Source: Minisyncoccota bacterium
GTDB lineage: Bacteria; Patescibacteriota; Minisyncoccia; Phycocordibacterales; UBA12088
NCBI GenBank assembly: GCA_041920275.1
Contig: JAYRSE010000007.1
Span: forward strand, 20,517 to 84,516
Direction of reading: 5' to 3'
Length of the DNA: 64,000 nt
The notes beneath the pieces are model-generated. The model saw nothing but the letters and a program-made list of their open reading frames with translations, made no database searches and had not been told where the DNA came from. Position 1 is the first letter of the stretch, and each line of letters begins with the position of its first letter. Shown piece by piece: positions 28,665 through 37,826 of the stretch. The position numbers and the translations under genes were made by a program.

Positions 28665-29942
28665 ATGCCCCAAGTTCAACCAGAGGTGGAATCCTTCGCA
28701 CGCATTCGCGTGGTGGGAGTCGGCGGTTCTGGAGGCAACGCCATCAACCACATGATCAACTCCGATGTCAAGGGGGTTGAGTTCATCGCGATCAACACCG
28801 ACGCGCAGGATCTCCAGCATTCGAAAGCGAAAAAGAAAGTGCATGTGGGCAAAAACCTCACACGCGGCCTCGGTGCGGGCGGTAATCCCGATTTCGGCCG
28901 TCGTGCCGCGGAAGAGACGCAGGAGGAGGTCCTTGAAGCACTTCGCGATTCCGACATGGTGTTCATCGCGTGCGGCATGGGTGGCGGCACCGGCACCGGC
29001 GCCGCACCGATCATAGCGAAACTTGCCAAGGAGGCGGGGGCGCTCACGGTGGGAGTGGTTACGAAACCCTTCACCTTCGAAGGACAGCAACGTATGCGCT
29101 CAGCGGAGGAAGGTATCACTGCACTCAAGGCGGAAGTGGACGCCATCATCACCATACCGAACGATCGACTGCTTGCGATCGTCGATCGTGACACGTCGGT
29201 CCTCAACGCATTTGCGCTCTGTGACGACGTACTACGTCAAGCGGTCGAGGGTATCTCGGATCTCATCACCTCTCCGGGTATCGTGAACGTAGACTTCGCG
29301 GATATCAAGACCGTCATGCAAAGCGCCGGCTCCGCACTCATGGGAATCGGCCTCGCGTCGGGAGAAAAACGCGCAGAGGAAGCGGCGCAACGAGCGATCA
29401 ATTCACCACTACTCGAGGTCTCCATCTCGGGTGCGCGCGGCGTACTCTTTGCGATAGCGGGGGGCGAGGATCTCGGTATGCTTGAGGTGCAAGATGCTGC
29501 ACGCATCATCACCGAAAGTATCGATCCGAACGCGCGCGTCATATTCGGTGCGTTCCGTGATGACAAGTTGAAGAAAGATGAGATCAAGGTGACCGTTATC
29601 GCCACCGGGTTCATTGAGGATTCGCACACTGATATCGAAACACCGTTCACAAGCATCGCAAGGCCGATCGAGAAGCGTGAGGAAAGCGAACGCATCGGAC
29701 AGATCCACAACACCCTCATCGACAATCGTGACATTCGTCCCACCACCCCGCCCCGTCCGATCGCCCCGTTCGGTCGCCATAAAGAGCTTCCGATCGACGA
29801 ACCGGTACGTGAAGAAAAGCGCCCAACACGACCTTCCACACCCCAGGAACCCGCCGCTCCCGCAAAGCCTTCCGGCGAAGAGGAGGACGACGATTCGGAG
29901 TGGGGCATTCCACCGTTTCTCCGCCGCTCGAAGATCAAGTGA
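28665..29942 (+). CDS. ftsZ: cell division GTPase FtsZ
   Basis: GVGGSGGNAINHM and GGGTGTGAAPIIA tubulin signature motifs. Confidence 0.95.
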   Translation: MPQVQPEVESFARIRVVGVGGSGGNAINHMINSDVKGVEFIAINTDAQDLQHSKAKKKVHVGKNLTRGLGAGGNPDFGRRAAEETQEEVLEALRDSDMVFIACGMGGGTGTGAAPIIAKLAKEAGALTVGVVTKPFTFEGQQRMRSAEEGITALKAEVDAIITIPNDRLLAIVDRDTSVLNAFALCDDVLRQAVEGISDLITSPGIVNVDFADIKTVMQSAGSALMGIGLASGEKRAEEAAQRAINSPLLEVSISGARGVLFAIAGGEDLGMLEVQDAARIITESIDPNARVIFGAFRDDKLKKDEIKVTVIATGFIEDSHTDIETPFTSIARPIEKREESERIGQIHNTLIDNRDIRPTTPPRPIAPFGRHKELPIDEPVREEKRPTRPSTPQEPAAPAKPSGEEEDDDSEWGIPPFLRRSKIK

Positions 29943-30103
29943 TCGGAGCACCTCGAAGTACCACAGCACCGCGGTGCTGTGTGTGATATACTTAGCGACA
30001 TATCAACCATTAACGGTTTCGCACGTAGTTGCTCTTGTATTCACCTCGCCTCGACCGACGAGTAACCCTATGGGGTAACGCGTGCGATTCCCGATCACAC
30101 CTT

Positions 30104-31033
30104 ATGTCCACTTCACCTCAGTATGACCTGCTCATTATCGGCGGTGGCCCCGCCGCGTGCGCCGCCGCGGTGTACGCGGGTCGTAAGCAATTGCGCACCC
30201 TGCTCATCACCAAGGATTGGGGCGGTCAAAGCATCGTCTCGCCCGGGATACAGAACTGGATCGGCACCATCGAGATCCCCGGCGAGGAGCTCGCTCGTCA
30301 GCTGAAGCAGCATGCGCTTGCCTATGCAGGATCGTACGTTACGGTCAAGGAGGGTGTTACCGTCGACCGAGTGACCGGCTCGTCGGGAGCGTTCTCCGTC
30401 ACCCAGAGTGACGGAGAGACCGCAACGACACGTGCGGTCTTGGTGGCATCCGGCGCACGCAGACGCACGCTCACCGTACCGGGAGCGGACACCTTCGAAC
30501 ACAAGGGAGTCACCTACTGCGCCACTTGTGACGGGCCACTCTTCAGCGGCATGGACGTCGCAGTGATCGGGGGTGGCAATGCGGGTTTCGAATCCGCCGC
30601 GCAGCTCCTCGCATACGCAAAGAGCGTGACGTTGCTCGAACGGAACCCGAACTACCGCGCGGAACCCATCACGGTCGAAAAGGTACTTGCGCATCCGAAC
30701 ATGCGCGGCATCACCCAGGCGGAGCTTACGGAAGTGACCGGAGATCGTATGGTGAGCGGCATCACGTACCGCGACCTTGCGTCGGGCGTAACGCATACCC
30801 TGTCCGTTCAGGGCGTCTTTGTGGAGATCGGTGCGATACCGAACACCGACATGGTGAAGGGACTTGCAGAACTCGACGCATACGGACGGGTGAAGGTGGA
30901 TCCTCGTACGCAGCGCACGTCATGTGAGGGTATTTGGGCCGCAGGCGATTGCACCGACTGTCTCTACGCACAGAACAACATCGCGGTCGGCGATGCGGTG
31001 AAGGCGCTCGAGGACATCTATCGCGCACTCTGA
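30104..31033 (+). CDS. trxB: thioredoxin-disulfide reductase
   Basis: DLLIIGGGPAACAAAVYA FAD motif. CATCDG redox-active disulfide. GGGNAGFE NADPH motif. Confidence 0.85.
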   Translation: MSTSPQYDLLIIGGGPAACAAAVYAGRKQLRTLLITKDWGGQSIVSPGIQNWIGTIEIPGEELARQLKQHALAYAGSYVTVKEGVTVDRVTGSSGAFSVTQSDGETATTRAVLVASGARRRTLTVPGADTFEHKGVTYCATCDGPLFSGMDVAVIGGGNAGFESAAQLLAYAKSVTLLERNPNYRAEPITVEKVLAHPNMRGITQAELTEVTGDRMVSGITYRDLASGVTHTLSVQGVFVEIGAIPNTDMVKGLAELDAYGRVKVDPRTQRTSCEGIWAAGDCTDCLYAQNNIAVGDAVKALEDIYRAL

Positions 31034-31040
31034 CACTTCA

Positions 31041-32723
31041 CTACTCGTCTTGCCTCGAGACAAATAGCCGCAAAAAACGGATCTCTTCGTACGCGTAACG
31101 ATGCGAAAGGTGTGTACGCAATGTCGTGAGACCCCACCCATATGTTCGAACCGCTTCAGCAACCTCATCAACCGCTTCTTCGAACGACTCATCATCGGGA
31201 GCAAGGTGTGCGATGTTGTCAACACGGAGAACTCCATCACGCAACAGATGCTCAAGGTGTGTCATGATCGTACCCTCGGTCAACCCTCGCTCATCCGCCA
31301 TCTCGCGTATGGTGAGACCTCCTTGGACCAACACTCGCGTCTTTTCATAGGTGCTCGCTTTTTTTTCTTTCTTCGTTCCCGCCGAACCTCTTGCCGGATC
31401 CGGTTCACTCCCTCCGCATGCATGCACGAACGCGCGGGTGAGCTCCCGCAAACGTTCTTCCGGTGTCGCGGCAAGACGTCGTGCGACCCGCTCGGAAGAC
31501 TCCAGGAAGAACCGATCCGCCTCGGCTACCGCCGGATGCCGCAGGTACGCGAGCTCGGATATGCCCTCAAGGTAGATACCCGAAAGCGAACGTACGCGCG
31601 AGAGCGATACGTACCCCTGCCCCTCGACAAAGGTCTTGCGCAGGTCCATCCGGGCCGCGTCGAGGGTAAGCCCTTGACTTTTATGTACCGTGACCGCCCA
31701 CGCAAGGCGGAGCGGGATCTGGATGAGCTCCGCCTTCACCTTGTCACCTTCCTCCATTTTCCAACTGTCCTCCTCGAGCTCAAGCTCGAAACCGCCGTGC
31801 GTCTGAATGACCGGTGTCCCGAATGCGTTGAACCGCACGATCGTACCGAGCGTACCGTTCACATACTTTCCTTGAGGGTGATTTTTGATACACATCACCG
31901 CCGCACCCTCTTTGAGCTGCAAGACTTCCGGCACCGAGGTTCCGCGCTTCAGTACTTCAAGATGCTTCTTACTTCCTTTGGTGCGCATATGAAAGGAGCG
32001 CACCGACCCCGGCAATCGTGCGAGCTGCTCGTTGTTCAAACGGTCCACATCAACGTTGTGGGTATAGAGGTGAGGCACTTCGCGAGCGGGAACGCATCCG
32101 ATACGCTCTTCAAGCACCGCACGCAACTCACGCGGAACGTGACCGGCTCGGATCCCGTTCAAAATGGCAAGCAGGGTCTCATCATCTTGTCGGTACTGCT
32201 CGTGCAGGTAACACACGTTGGGTGCGAGCGCATGCCACGCATCACTCCCGAACGCAAAACGCATCGTATCACCCCCGCGCACAACGGGAGGAAGCTGAAA
32301 AAAATCTCCACAGAGCACGACCTGCATACCGCCGAACGGCACATCGCTCGAAAGTCCGGCACGGATCGCCTGATCGACCAAGTCGAGCGTGGTGCCCGAA
32401 AGCATGGAAACCTCGTCGATAATGAGGACTTGGGTGTCCCGAAAACGTTTGACCAGTCGCTCGTTCTGTGCAATGTGATCGAGCTCGTACGGACCGAGAT
32501 ACTCCTTGACCCCCACACCCGACCAGCTGTGTACCGTCTGCCCTCCTATGTGCGTCGAAGCGATGCCGGTCGATGCGGTGATCGCCGGCTCGATACCGCG
32601 TTCACGCAACCATCGCACGTACCGGTTGATCACGTACGTCTTGCCGCTTCCCGCCGCACCGGTCAAAAACACGTTCTTACCAAGGCAAAGCACGGAAAAA
32701 GCTTCATCTTGTGTCATGCTCAT
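31041..32723 (-). CDS. PIF1/RecD-family SF1 helicase with a C-terminal HTH domain
   Basis: GAAGSGKTY Walker A. IIDEVSML Walker B. C-terminal LTIREMADERGLTEGTIMTHLEHLL HTH. Start at MSMTQDEAF. Confidence 0.75.
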   Translation of the reverse strand: MSMTQDEAFSVLCLGKNVFLTGAAGSGKTYVINRYVRWLRERGIEPAITASTGIASTHIGGQTVHSWSGVGVKEYLGPYELDHIAQNERLVKRFRDTQVLIIDEVSMLSGTTLDLVDQAIRAGLSSDVPFGGMQVVLCGDFFQLPPVVRGGDTMRFAFGSDAWHALAPNVCYLHEQYRQDDETLLAILNGIRAGHVPRELRAVLEERIGCVPAREVPHLYTHNVDVDRLNNEQLARLPGSVRSFHMRTKGSKKHLEVLKRGTSVPEVLQLKEGAAVMCIKNHPQGKYVNGTLGTIVRFNAFGTPVIQTHGGFELELEEDSWKMEEGDKVKAELIQIPLRLAWAVTVHKSQGLTLDAARMDLRKTFVEGQGYVSLSRVRSLSGIYLEGISELAYLRHPAVAEADRFFLESSERVARRLAATPEERLRELTRAFVHACGGSEPDPARGSAGTKKEKKASTYEKTRVLVQGGLTIREMADERGLTEGTIMTHLEHLLRDGVLRVDNIAHLAPDDESFEEAVDEVAEAVRTYGWGLTTLRTHLSHRYAYEEIRFLRLFVSRQDE

Positions 32724-32960
32724 CAGCGTACCACACTCTCTGGAAAGAACACACTTTTCCACAGTGTCTCCCTTGCGCGACACATACACGACGCATATAT
32801 TTGGAATTATGCATAAGAGCAACGCATTCGTACTCCTACTCGTTGTCGGAACGCGCCATGCGTCAGGTCCTTGTGCATAAACAACCAAAAAGAACCGCAC
32901 AAAAAACCTGACGCAAGTCGGGGATTTTTTGTACAAACAGCTCTTTCAAGGAGAATCGGG

Positions 32961-33149
32961 ATGGTATATTACAGCATCGAATTGACGACCCCGTGTGGCG
33001 CTGAACTCAAAGAGTGCAATCGCCTACCGGGATCGAGCCGCTGTGCCAAGAAGGTGAGCAACTGCACGTGCCCCTCAAGCAATGGTGTCTGCATTTCTCG
33101 CTGGTGCATCGGTAAAAAGATCTGCGTAGACGCCACACCGAAGGCGTGA
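32961..33149 (+). CDS. 62-aa Cys-rich small protein (8 Cys); candidate precursor or carrier peptide of the downstream ATP-grasp operon
   Basis: ATG with AAGGAG SD 7 nt upstream. MVYYSIELTTPCGAELKECNRLPGSSRCAKKVSNCTCPSSNGVCISRWCIGKKICVDATPKA. No signal peptide. Not in the ORF track as a separate call. Confidence 0.45.
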   Translation: MVYYSIELTTPCGAELKECNRLPGSSRCAKKVSNCTCPSSNGVCISRWCIGKKICVDATPKA

Positions 33150-33263
33150 TCGCACCCATACGGTACGTGTTCACCAAACACCTCTGCCCGCACGAAGGTA
33201 CCCTCAAATCCTCGCGTGCGCAAAAGGCCGACTGGGATCGGCCTTTTCCTATGATTCTGATCC

Positions 33264-33647
33264 TCACACCGGATTGAGCTTACGAAGGAGCAAACGACGT
33301 TGCTCGAGTTCCTTTCTTTGCAGCTCGAAATACACTCGTCCGGCCTTAGTGATCGAATACCTCTCACCATCCTTGATGACGTGCCCAAGTCGCTCATGCA
33401 TGTCCATAAAATGTTCGAGTGAGCACCACAGGCACGCGATCACTCGTTCGTCAACGGCCTCATGCGAAGCACCGGAAAGTGTGCGTCCCTCAAGCCACTC
33501 CTTCACCCGATCATGCGTTTCGGGTTGGACTCTGTTAAAGGCGTCCATCTGCCTTTTGATCTCTGCAAGCGTGATACCGTCACCGTCACGACCGAGCAAG
33601 GAAACACCCACGACGGTCACCCCGATCAGGTGATGCATCTTTTTCAT
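33264..33647 (-). CDS. hypothetical 127-aa protein (possible winged-helix regulator)
   Basis: ORF between the peptide gene and the ATP-grasp operon on the opposite strand. GERYSITKAGRVYFEL resembles a wing. Weak. Confidence 0.35.
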   Translation of the reverse strand: MKKMHHLIGVTVVGVSLLGRDGDGITLAEIKRQMDAFNRVQPETHDRVKEWLEGRTLSGASHEAVDERVIACLWCSLEHFMDMHERLGHVIKDGERYSITKAGRVYFELQRKELEQRRLLLRKLNPV

Positions 33648-33762
33648 GCGTCATCCTCCAAATCCAAATCTGCCTACATCGATAATAGCACCAAATTCGC
33701 ACGACACAACATACCAACCAACCCTCAAACCACCATTCCCACACCATGGTGACTTTGTTCGA

Positions 33763-33790
33763 TTGACATATCATGTAATGTCGATATATT
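33763..33790 (+). promoter_or_regulatory. sigma70-like promoter TTGACA-N16/17-TATATT upstream of the ATP-grasp operon
   Basis: TTGACA at 33763-33768 and TATATT/ATATTT at about 33785-33791. First in-frame ATG of the downstream gene is at 33811. Confidence 0.35.
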
Positions 33791-33810
33791 TATCGTGCGA
33801 CCACATACGC

Positions 33811-36309
33811 ATGCGGAGTCACCGGTGCACGACAGCATCCGATACGTCCTCACCATCATATCCGACCCACAACGTGAAAAAGAGACAAAACACCGAACAC
33901 TCCGAATTATCCGGAAAGACTATCATATTGGTCAACACCGGTTCGATGAAGAAAAAGTTCATCGTACAGCGACTGAAACAGCTCGGTCTTCGTATCATCG
34001 CAATCCATCATGAAAAGAACTGGGCCGCACCGTATGTCGATCGCTGGATACTCACCGACACCAAAAATCACACCAAGGCACTTGAAGATGTCGATTCGTT
34101 CCTGCACACACATACCGATCTTTCCGTGGATGGCATTCTTACCTTTTGGGAGGACGACGTGCTCTTGACCTCGAAGATCGCCGAGGAGCTTGACCTGATC
34201 AGCGTGCCGGTCGCAATTGCGCGGCAGGTGCGTGACAAATTTTTATTCAGGACGTTCTGTACCGAGAACGACATCCGCACACCAGAACATTTGCTTATTA
34301 AGGACGAACGGGATCTTGATCACGTCGTCGCCAACTTCACCTTCCCCGTCGTACTCAAGCCCACATTCGGCTCCGGGAGTGCATTTGTCATCAAGGCGCA
34401 AGACAAAGAGGAATTCTTCAATACGTACGAGTATATCGATCGCAACATATCTCCCAACATTGAATCTTCACTCAATGAGGGTCTCGATGTGCTGGTTGAA
34501 AGTTATATCGACGGCGACGAGGTCGATATCGATATCCTGCTCCAGAACGGAAAGATCAAATACTTTGCCATCGTCGACAACTATCGAACCGAGGAACCTT
34601 TTTTCATCGAAACCCAGCAAGCGATCCCCTCTGAACTTCCACGGAAGGACCAAGACGCGCTCGTGGAGATGGCCGAAACGGTGCTCGAAAAGTTGGGAAT
34701 CCAGAACGGCTGTATCCACTTCGAAGCAAAGGCGACTCGCCGGGGACCGGTACCGATCGAGATAAACCTCCGCATGGGGGGCGATGAGACCTACACATTC
34801 AGCAAAGAGGCATGGGGTGTTGATTTGATCGAGGGTGCGGCGAAGATCGCACTTGGAATATACCTCCCGAAGGTGCAAAAGCCGGATACCCCTCGAAAAT
34901 ACCTTATGAGCAACACGTTCACTCCGAAACAATCGGGACTTCTCGTCAAACTCGATGTAGACGAGCAAATAAAGAAAGTACCGGGCGTAGAGGAACTCTG
35001 TCTTTTCAAGCAAGCGGGCGATGCGGTATTGGTACCTCCCGAAGGATACGAGTATCTCGGTTGGATCGTGGTCTCGGGTGAGAATCCGCTCGATACGGAA
35101 CACAACTTCAACGAGGCACTGAAATGCATACGCTATGATGTCGCCCGATTCCACTCATCCTCTTCAATCGGGAAGACGCTTCGGCGAAACCGTTTTTCCA
35201 TGGCATCCGCCAACAAGGAACTCCTTGAAGGGGCGGCAAAGATCGAACGCATGCGACGCACCTCGATCAAGAACCAACGAAACCTGCATGTCGGTGTGGT
35301 CTACAACATGTTCCAAGAAGAAGATGGGGTCGTGGAAGCGGCACTCTCGGCAATGGGTACCGATATTGAGGAGGCACTCCATGAGCGCGGATATCAAACC
35401 ACCCCATTCGACATGAACGAACCCGTGCGCTGTATTAACGAGCTCAAGGGCAGCAATGTCGATATTGTATTCAATGCGTGTGGCAGGATCAACAATTCAA
35501 GCATGCTCAAGCCGCATGCGGCAGCGATTCTCGATATGTTGCGAATACCGTATACCGGATCCAATCCATTCACCCTCGGTCTCTGCAATGATAAGATACG
35601 GATCAAAAAGCTGCTCTCGTTCCACGGCATACCGACTCCGCGCTGGGATTACGCCTACACCATCGAGGATGACATCGACCAGACGCTCAAGTATCCACTC
35701 ATCGTAAAGCCGGCGAATACCGACAACTCGATCGGTATTACCAATGACTCGGTCGTCACCGATCGCGCACAGCTCCAGCAGCGACTCGCGTATGTCATTC
35801 ACGAACTCGGGAGTCCCGCGCTCATCGAGGAATACATCGACGGCGATGAATACGCGGTGCCGATCATCGGGAGCGAGGAAGACGACCTCCGAGTCCTTCC
35901 CCTCTCCCGCATTACGTTCGACACCTTGCCGAACGAGCTGTGGCACATCCTTCCGTACGATGCGAAGTGGGGGGACAAAACACCGTACGAAAAGATCTCC
36001 GTTGAGGAACCCTCGAAGAACACGAACAAGAAACTCGAGTCACTGATCACCGAGATCGCTCTCGACACGTACAATATACTCGATTGCCACGATTATGGTA
36101 TCGTGGAGATCAAGGTGGACAAAAACAGCAACCCATACGTACTTGAACTCAACCCGAACCAACACATGCGTACCGAGGACATACTTCCCCGTGCCGCACG
36201 GCTGGTGAAAATGAGCTACGCGGACCTGGTAGAAGAGATCATCCGAATCGCGATCAAACGATACGAGAACAGGCCACACTATTACCACCTGCAAACCGAC
36301 TCCATGTAG
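33811..36309 (+). CDS. di-domain ATP-grasp ligase (N-terminal ATP-grasp, C-terminal D-Ala-D-Ala-ligase-like ATP-grasp)
   Basis: Domain 1: FPVVLKPTFGSGSAFV ... ESYIDGDEVDIDIL ... HFEAKATRRGPVPIEINLRMGG. Domain 2: HVGVVYNMFQEE ... IVFNACGRINN ... LIVKPANTDNSIGIT ... EEYIDGDEYAVPIIG ... YVLELNPNQHM. Start uncertain (33811 ATG; could be GTG 33884). Confidence 0.7.
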   Translation: MRSHRCTTASDTSSPSYPTHNVKKRQNTEHSELSGKTIILVNTGSMKKKFIVQRLKQLGLRIIAIHHEKNWAAPYVDRWILTDTKNHTKALEDVDSFLHTHTDLSVDGILTFWEDDVLLTSKIAEELDLISVPVAIARQVRDKFLFRTFCTENDIRTPEHLLIKDERDLDHVVANFTFPVVLKPTFGSGSAFVIKAQDKEEFFNTYEYIDRNISPNIESSLNEGLDVLVESYIDGDEVDIDILLQNGKIKYFAIVDNYRTEEPFFIETQQAIPSELPRKDQDALVEMAETVLEKLGIQNGCIHFEAKATRRGPVPIEINLRMGGDETYTFSKEAWGVDLIEGAAKIALGIYLPKVQKPDTPRKYLMSNTFTPKQSGLLVKLDVDEQIKKVPGVEELCLFKQAGDAVLVPPEGYEYLGWIVVSGENPLDTEHNFNEALKCIRYDVARFHSSSSIGKTLRRNRFSMASANKELLEGAAKIERMRRTSIKNQRNLHVGVVYNMFQEEDGVVEAALSAMGTDIEEALHERGYQTTPFDMNEPVRCINELKGSNVDIVFNACGRINNSSMLKPHAAAILDMLRIPYTGSNPFTLGLCNDKIRIKKLLSFHGIPTPRWDYAYTIEDDIDQTLKYPLIVKPANTDNSIGITNDSVVTDRAQLQQRLAYVIHELGSPALIEEYIDGDEYAVPIIGSEEDDLRVLPLSRITFDTLPNELWHILPYDAKWGDKTPYEKISVEEPSKNTNKKLESLITEIALDTYNILDCHDYGIVEIKVDKNSNPYVLELNPNQHMRTEDILPRAARLVKMSYADLVEEIIRIAIKRYENRPHYYHLQTDSM

Positions 36310-36357
36310 TAACGTACAAGAGAGCGGCATTACCGACGCTAATTAAACACAGATACC

Positions 36358-37761
36358 ATGAATACACCGAACAGGCCGCTACCACAAGAGCTCGTTGTTG
36401 ACGGCAAAATCACCGACAGCGGGATCACGGTCGTCGTGAACAAAGAACGTTTTCCTATCCGCTATCCGAAGGCCATTTGGGCGAGCTACCCCGAGGATGC
36501 AAAGGCGGCGCTTTGCGATGCTCTGACGGTGAGTTCGACCATGTTCCTTCCCCAGATCTTGTCCCTTCCCGAAATACGCTACAAGACCGCACGAACCCTT
36601 GCCGAAACGTTCTTTTTCAAGAACGGCATCTACGACATGCCTTGCACGGCCATCTCGGATAAGAAATCGTCGATCACATACATCAAGGATTTCTTCAATG
36701 TTCGCTCGCATTTCGGCACCAATGTGATCCGAACCGTCCATACCGAACGTCCGATCTCGGACACGCCGACCGCCATCATCCCCTTCTCTTTCGGCAAAGA
36801 GAGCATGCTCACACTTGCCCTCTGTAAGGAGCTCGGCATCAGACCGATCCCGATCATTTTCATCGAACCTTCACACACCTTCGAACATGCGCACAAAAAG
36901 AAAATGATCGCTCTCTTCGAAAAGGAGTTCGACGTAAAGATATACATCACAGAGAATGCACCGGGTATTTTCAGGTATGGAAAATACTGGGGGTTTTCGA
37001 CGGAGCTTGGGTGGGGACTCCACACCACGGAATGTGCACTGCTTACACTTCCGTTTGCACACCACTTCAATGCGGACTACATCATCCTTGGAAACGAACA
37101 ATCATGCAACGATTTCTACATGAACAAAGAGGGTGTGCTCACATACTCCGCAGCCTATGATCAACACACCGACTGGACCACTCAACAAGGACTCCTTGCT
37201 TCCCTGTTGCTCGGTAGGGAGATCGAGGTTGCAAGCTTCATGGAGCCGCTGTACGAACTCGCGATACTGAAGGTGCTACACACTCGTTATCCTGCATACG
37301 GCGCGTACCAAATGTCGTGCTTTGCGAACAATGAACAGGCGAAAGAGGTACGGTGGTGCCAGAACTGCTCGAAATGCGCGTACGTCTATGCACTCTCAGC
37401 GGCCTCCGACATCGACCTTGAGCGCATGGGCTTCACGGAAAACCTGTTTGACAACGCGCACGCACACCTGTACACAGATTTCTTCAAAAAAAATGTTCCG
37501 GGTCTTGAGTATGGGACCAAGGAAGAGCTTGGCCTTGCATTCTTACTTGCCACCGACCGTGGCCGAACCGGTCACACGATCGATCTATTTCGAAAAAAGT
37601 CGTACGCTCATTTCGCCACACAGAAAGAAGAGCTCATGCGTCGGTACCTGGGCATCCACCCGTTCCAGAACATCCCGAACGATGTTTCCCCTGAGATCGT
37701 GCGCATATACGAACAAGAGCTCGGGGTATCCAAAACGAAAACACGTTTCCGTTCAAAATAG
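36358..37761 (+). CDS. PP-loop (adenine nucleotide alpha-hydrolase / PAPS-reductase-like) superfamily protein, specificity unknown
   Basis: IIPFSFGKESMLTLALCKELG resembles the vSFSGGKDS PP-loop. C-terminal CQNCSKCAYVY Cys cluster. Assignment from motif only. Confidence 0.45.
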   Translation: MNTPNRPLPQELVVDGKITDSGITVVVNKERFPIRYPKAIWASYPEDAKAALCDALTVSSTMFLPQILSLPEIRYKTARTLAETFFFKNGIYDMPCTAISDKKSSITYIKDFFNVRSHFGTNVIRTVHTERPISDTPTAIIPFSFGKESMLTLALCKELGIRPIPIIFIEPSHTFEHAHKKKMIALFEKEFDVKIYITENAPGIFRYGKYWGFSTELGWGLHTTECALLTLPFAHHFNADYIILGNEQSCNDFYMNKEGVLTYSAAYDQHTDWTTQQGLLASLLLGREIEVASFMEPLYELAILKVLHTRYPAYGAYQMSCFANNEQAKEVRWCQNCSKCAYVYALSAASDIDLERMGFTENLFDNAHAHLYTDFFKKNVPGLEYGTKEELGLAFLLATDRGRTGHTIDLFRKKSYAHFATQKEELMRRYLGIHPFQNIPNDVSPEIVRIYEQELGVSKTKTRFRSK

Positions 37762-37826
37762 TCCTTCCGGCCACACCATGTCAAGACGGGTAACTCATGA
37801 AAAGTACACATTCCACTTCACGCACC

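Noticed and set aside
32961-33149. Cys-rich peptide as a LysW-type amino-group carrier protein
   Set aside because: LysW proteins end in an acidic EDWGE-like tail used for ligation. This peptide ends in DATPKA and has 8 rather than 4 Cys. Retained only as a low-weight hypothesis.
34900-36309. Second Ddl-like domain interpreted as a duplicated ddl gene
   Set aside because: It is the C-terminal half of an 887-aa fusion protein in a different operon. The canonical ddl with all motifs is at 13349-14422.
36358-37761. Assignment of the PP-loop-like protein as QueC (preQ0 synthase), prompted by tgt in the window
   Set aside because: Twice the length of QueC, lacks the SGGxDS consensus and the QueC Zn-motif spacing, and is unlinked to tgt. 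Kept as a generic PP-loop-like protein.
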